DNA of 50,079 nt from Octopus sinensis (Eukaryota): assembly GCF_006345805.1 (NCBI RefSeq), contig NW_021832192.1, positions 1 through 50,079 on the forward strand, given 5' to 3'. The position numbers and the translations under genes are program-made. Shown piece by piece: positions 49,595 to 50,079 of this stretch. Numbering within the stretch: position 1 is the stretch's first letter; each line of letters starts with the position of its first letter. The notes below the pieces were generated by a model. The model was not told the origin of the DNA, did not search any database, and saw only the letters and a list, made by a program, of their open reading frames with translations.

Positions 49595-50079
49595 CGGTGT
49601 AGGCATATAAATGTGAAACAAGGTGGGAAAATTGCTGTTTCTTTTCAGATATCATCAGAAAAAAAGTAATTAAAATTCATTAAAATGACAGATCTTTCAG
49701 ACTTTCAAAGAAGTCATATTGTTGGTGCTTGTATGGTAGACACTAGCGTAACGAAAACAGCCGAAATGTTTGGTGTATCAAAAAGTCACGAAAGTAATGA
49801 CAACTTATGAGAAAGAGGGAAAAACTTCCTCGTCGAAACAAAACTCCGGAAGAAAATCAAAACTTCGAGATAGCGACCGTCGGGCTCTTACGTGAATTGT
49901 TAGAAAGGATCACAAAAGTACAGCTTCCAAAATTACAGCAGAGCTTAATGACCACCTCGAGAACTCGGTTTCCACAAAAACTATTCCCCAGGGAGCCGCG
50001 CAAAACCGGATTTCACGGGAGGGCTGCAATCAGAAAACCACTACTTTCAAAAACAAACGTTGCAAAGTGTTTAGAGTAA
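49592..50079 (+). mobile_element. Tc1-like transposon 5' part (continues beyond the window); transposase N-terminus disrupted
   Basis: Starts after TA within (TA)n. ATG at 49685: MTDLSDFQRSHIVGA...TAEMFGVSKS; frameshift; ...SGRKSKL.D.DRRAL..IVRK...TA.KITAELN...VSTKT...GFHGRAAIRKPLLS. Confidence 0.9.

Overview
This is AT-rich eukaryotic non-coding DNA (intergenic or deep intronic). It is dense in microsatellites ((TA)n, (CATA)n, (GATA)n, (AAT)n, (GGT)n) and tRNA-derived SINEs. The repeat repertoire resembles Octopus/coleoid cephalopod DNA; that is an inference, not checked. I found no intact cellular protein-coding gene, and almost all ORF-track entries are translations of simple repeats. Supportable content: (1) decayed non-LTR retrotransposons (L1/Tx1-like 1-2175, R4/Dong-like RLE element 2645-4021, CR1-like 3' end 38682-39385); (2) DNA transposons (mariner with both TIRs 9890-11065, deleted mariner 29509-30260, mariner MITE 48629-48843, Tc1-like 49592-end, MULE 27945-29352, TTAA-flanked MITE); (3) about 30 SINE copies or fragments in about 4 families; (4) a U6 snRNA retro-pseudogene near 15723-15828; (5) Penelope-type hammerhead ribozyme motifs, including an intact core at 4649-4746 and a 167-bp-arm palindrome of the same family at 17483-17830. 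The most interesting signals are the ribozyme/palindrome families, two SINE-LINE shared 3' tails visible within the window, and apparent microsatellite-targeted insertion. None of these is shown to be a new biological system; most extend known retroelement biology. SINE family letters A-D are my own labels.
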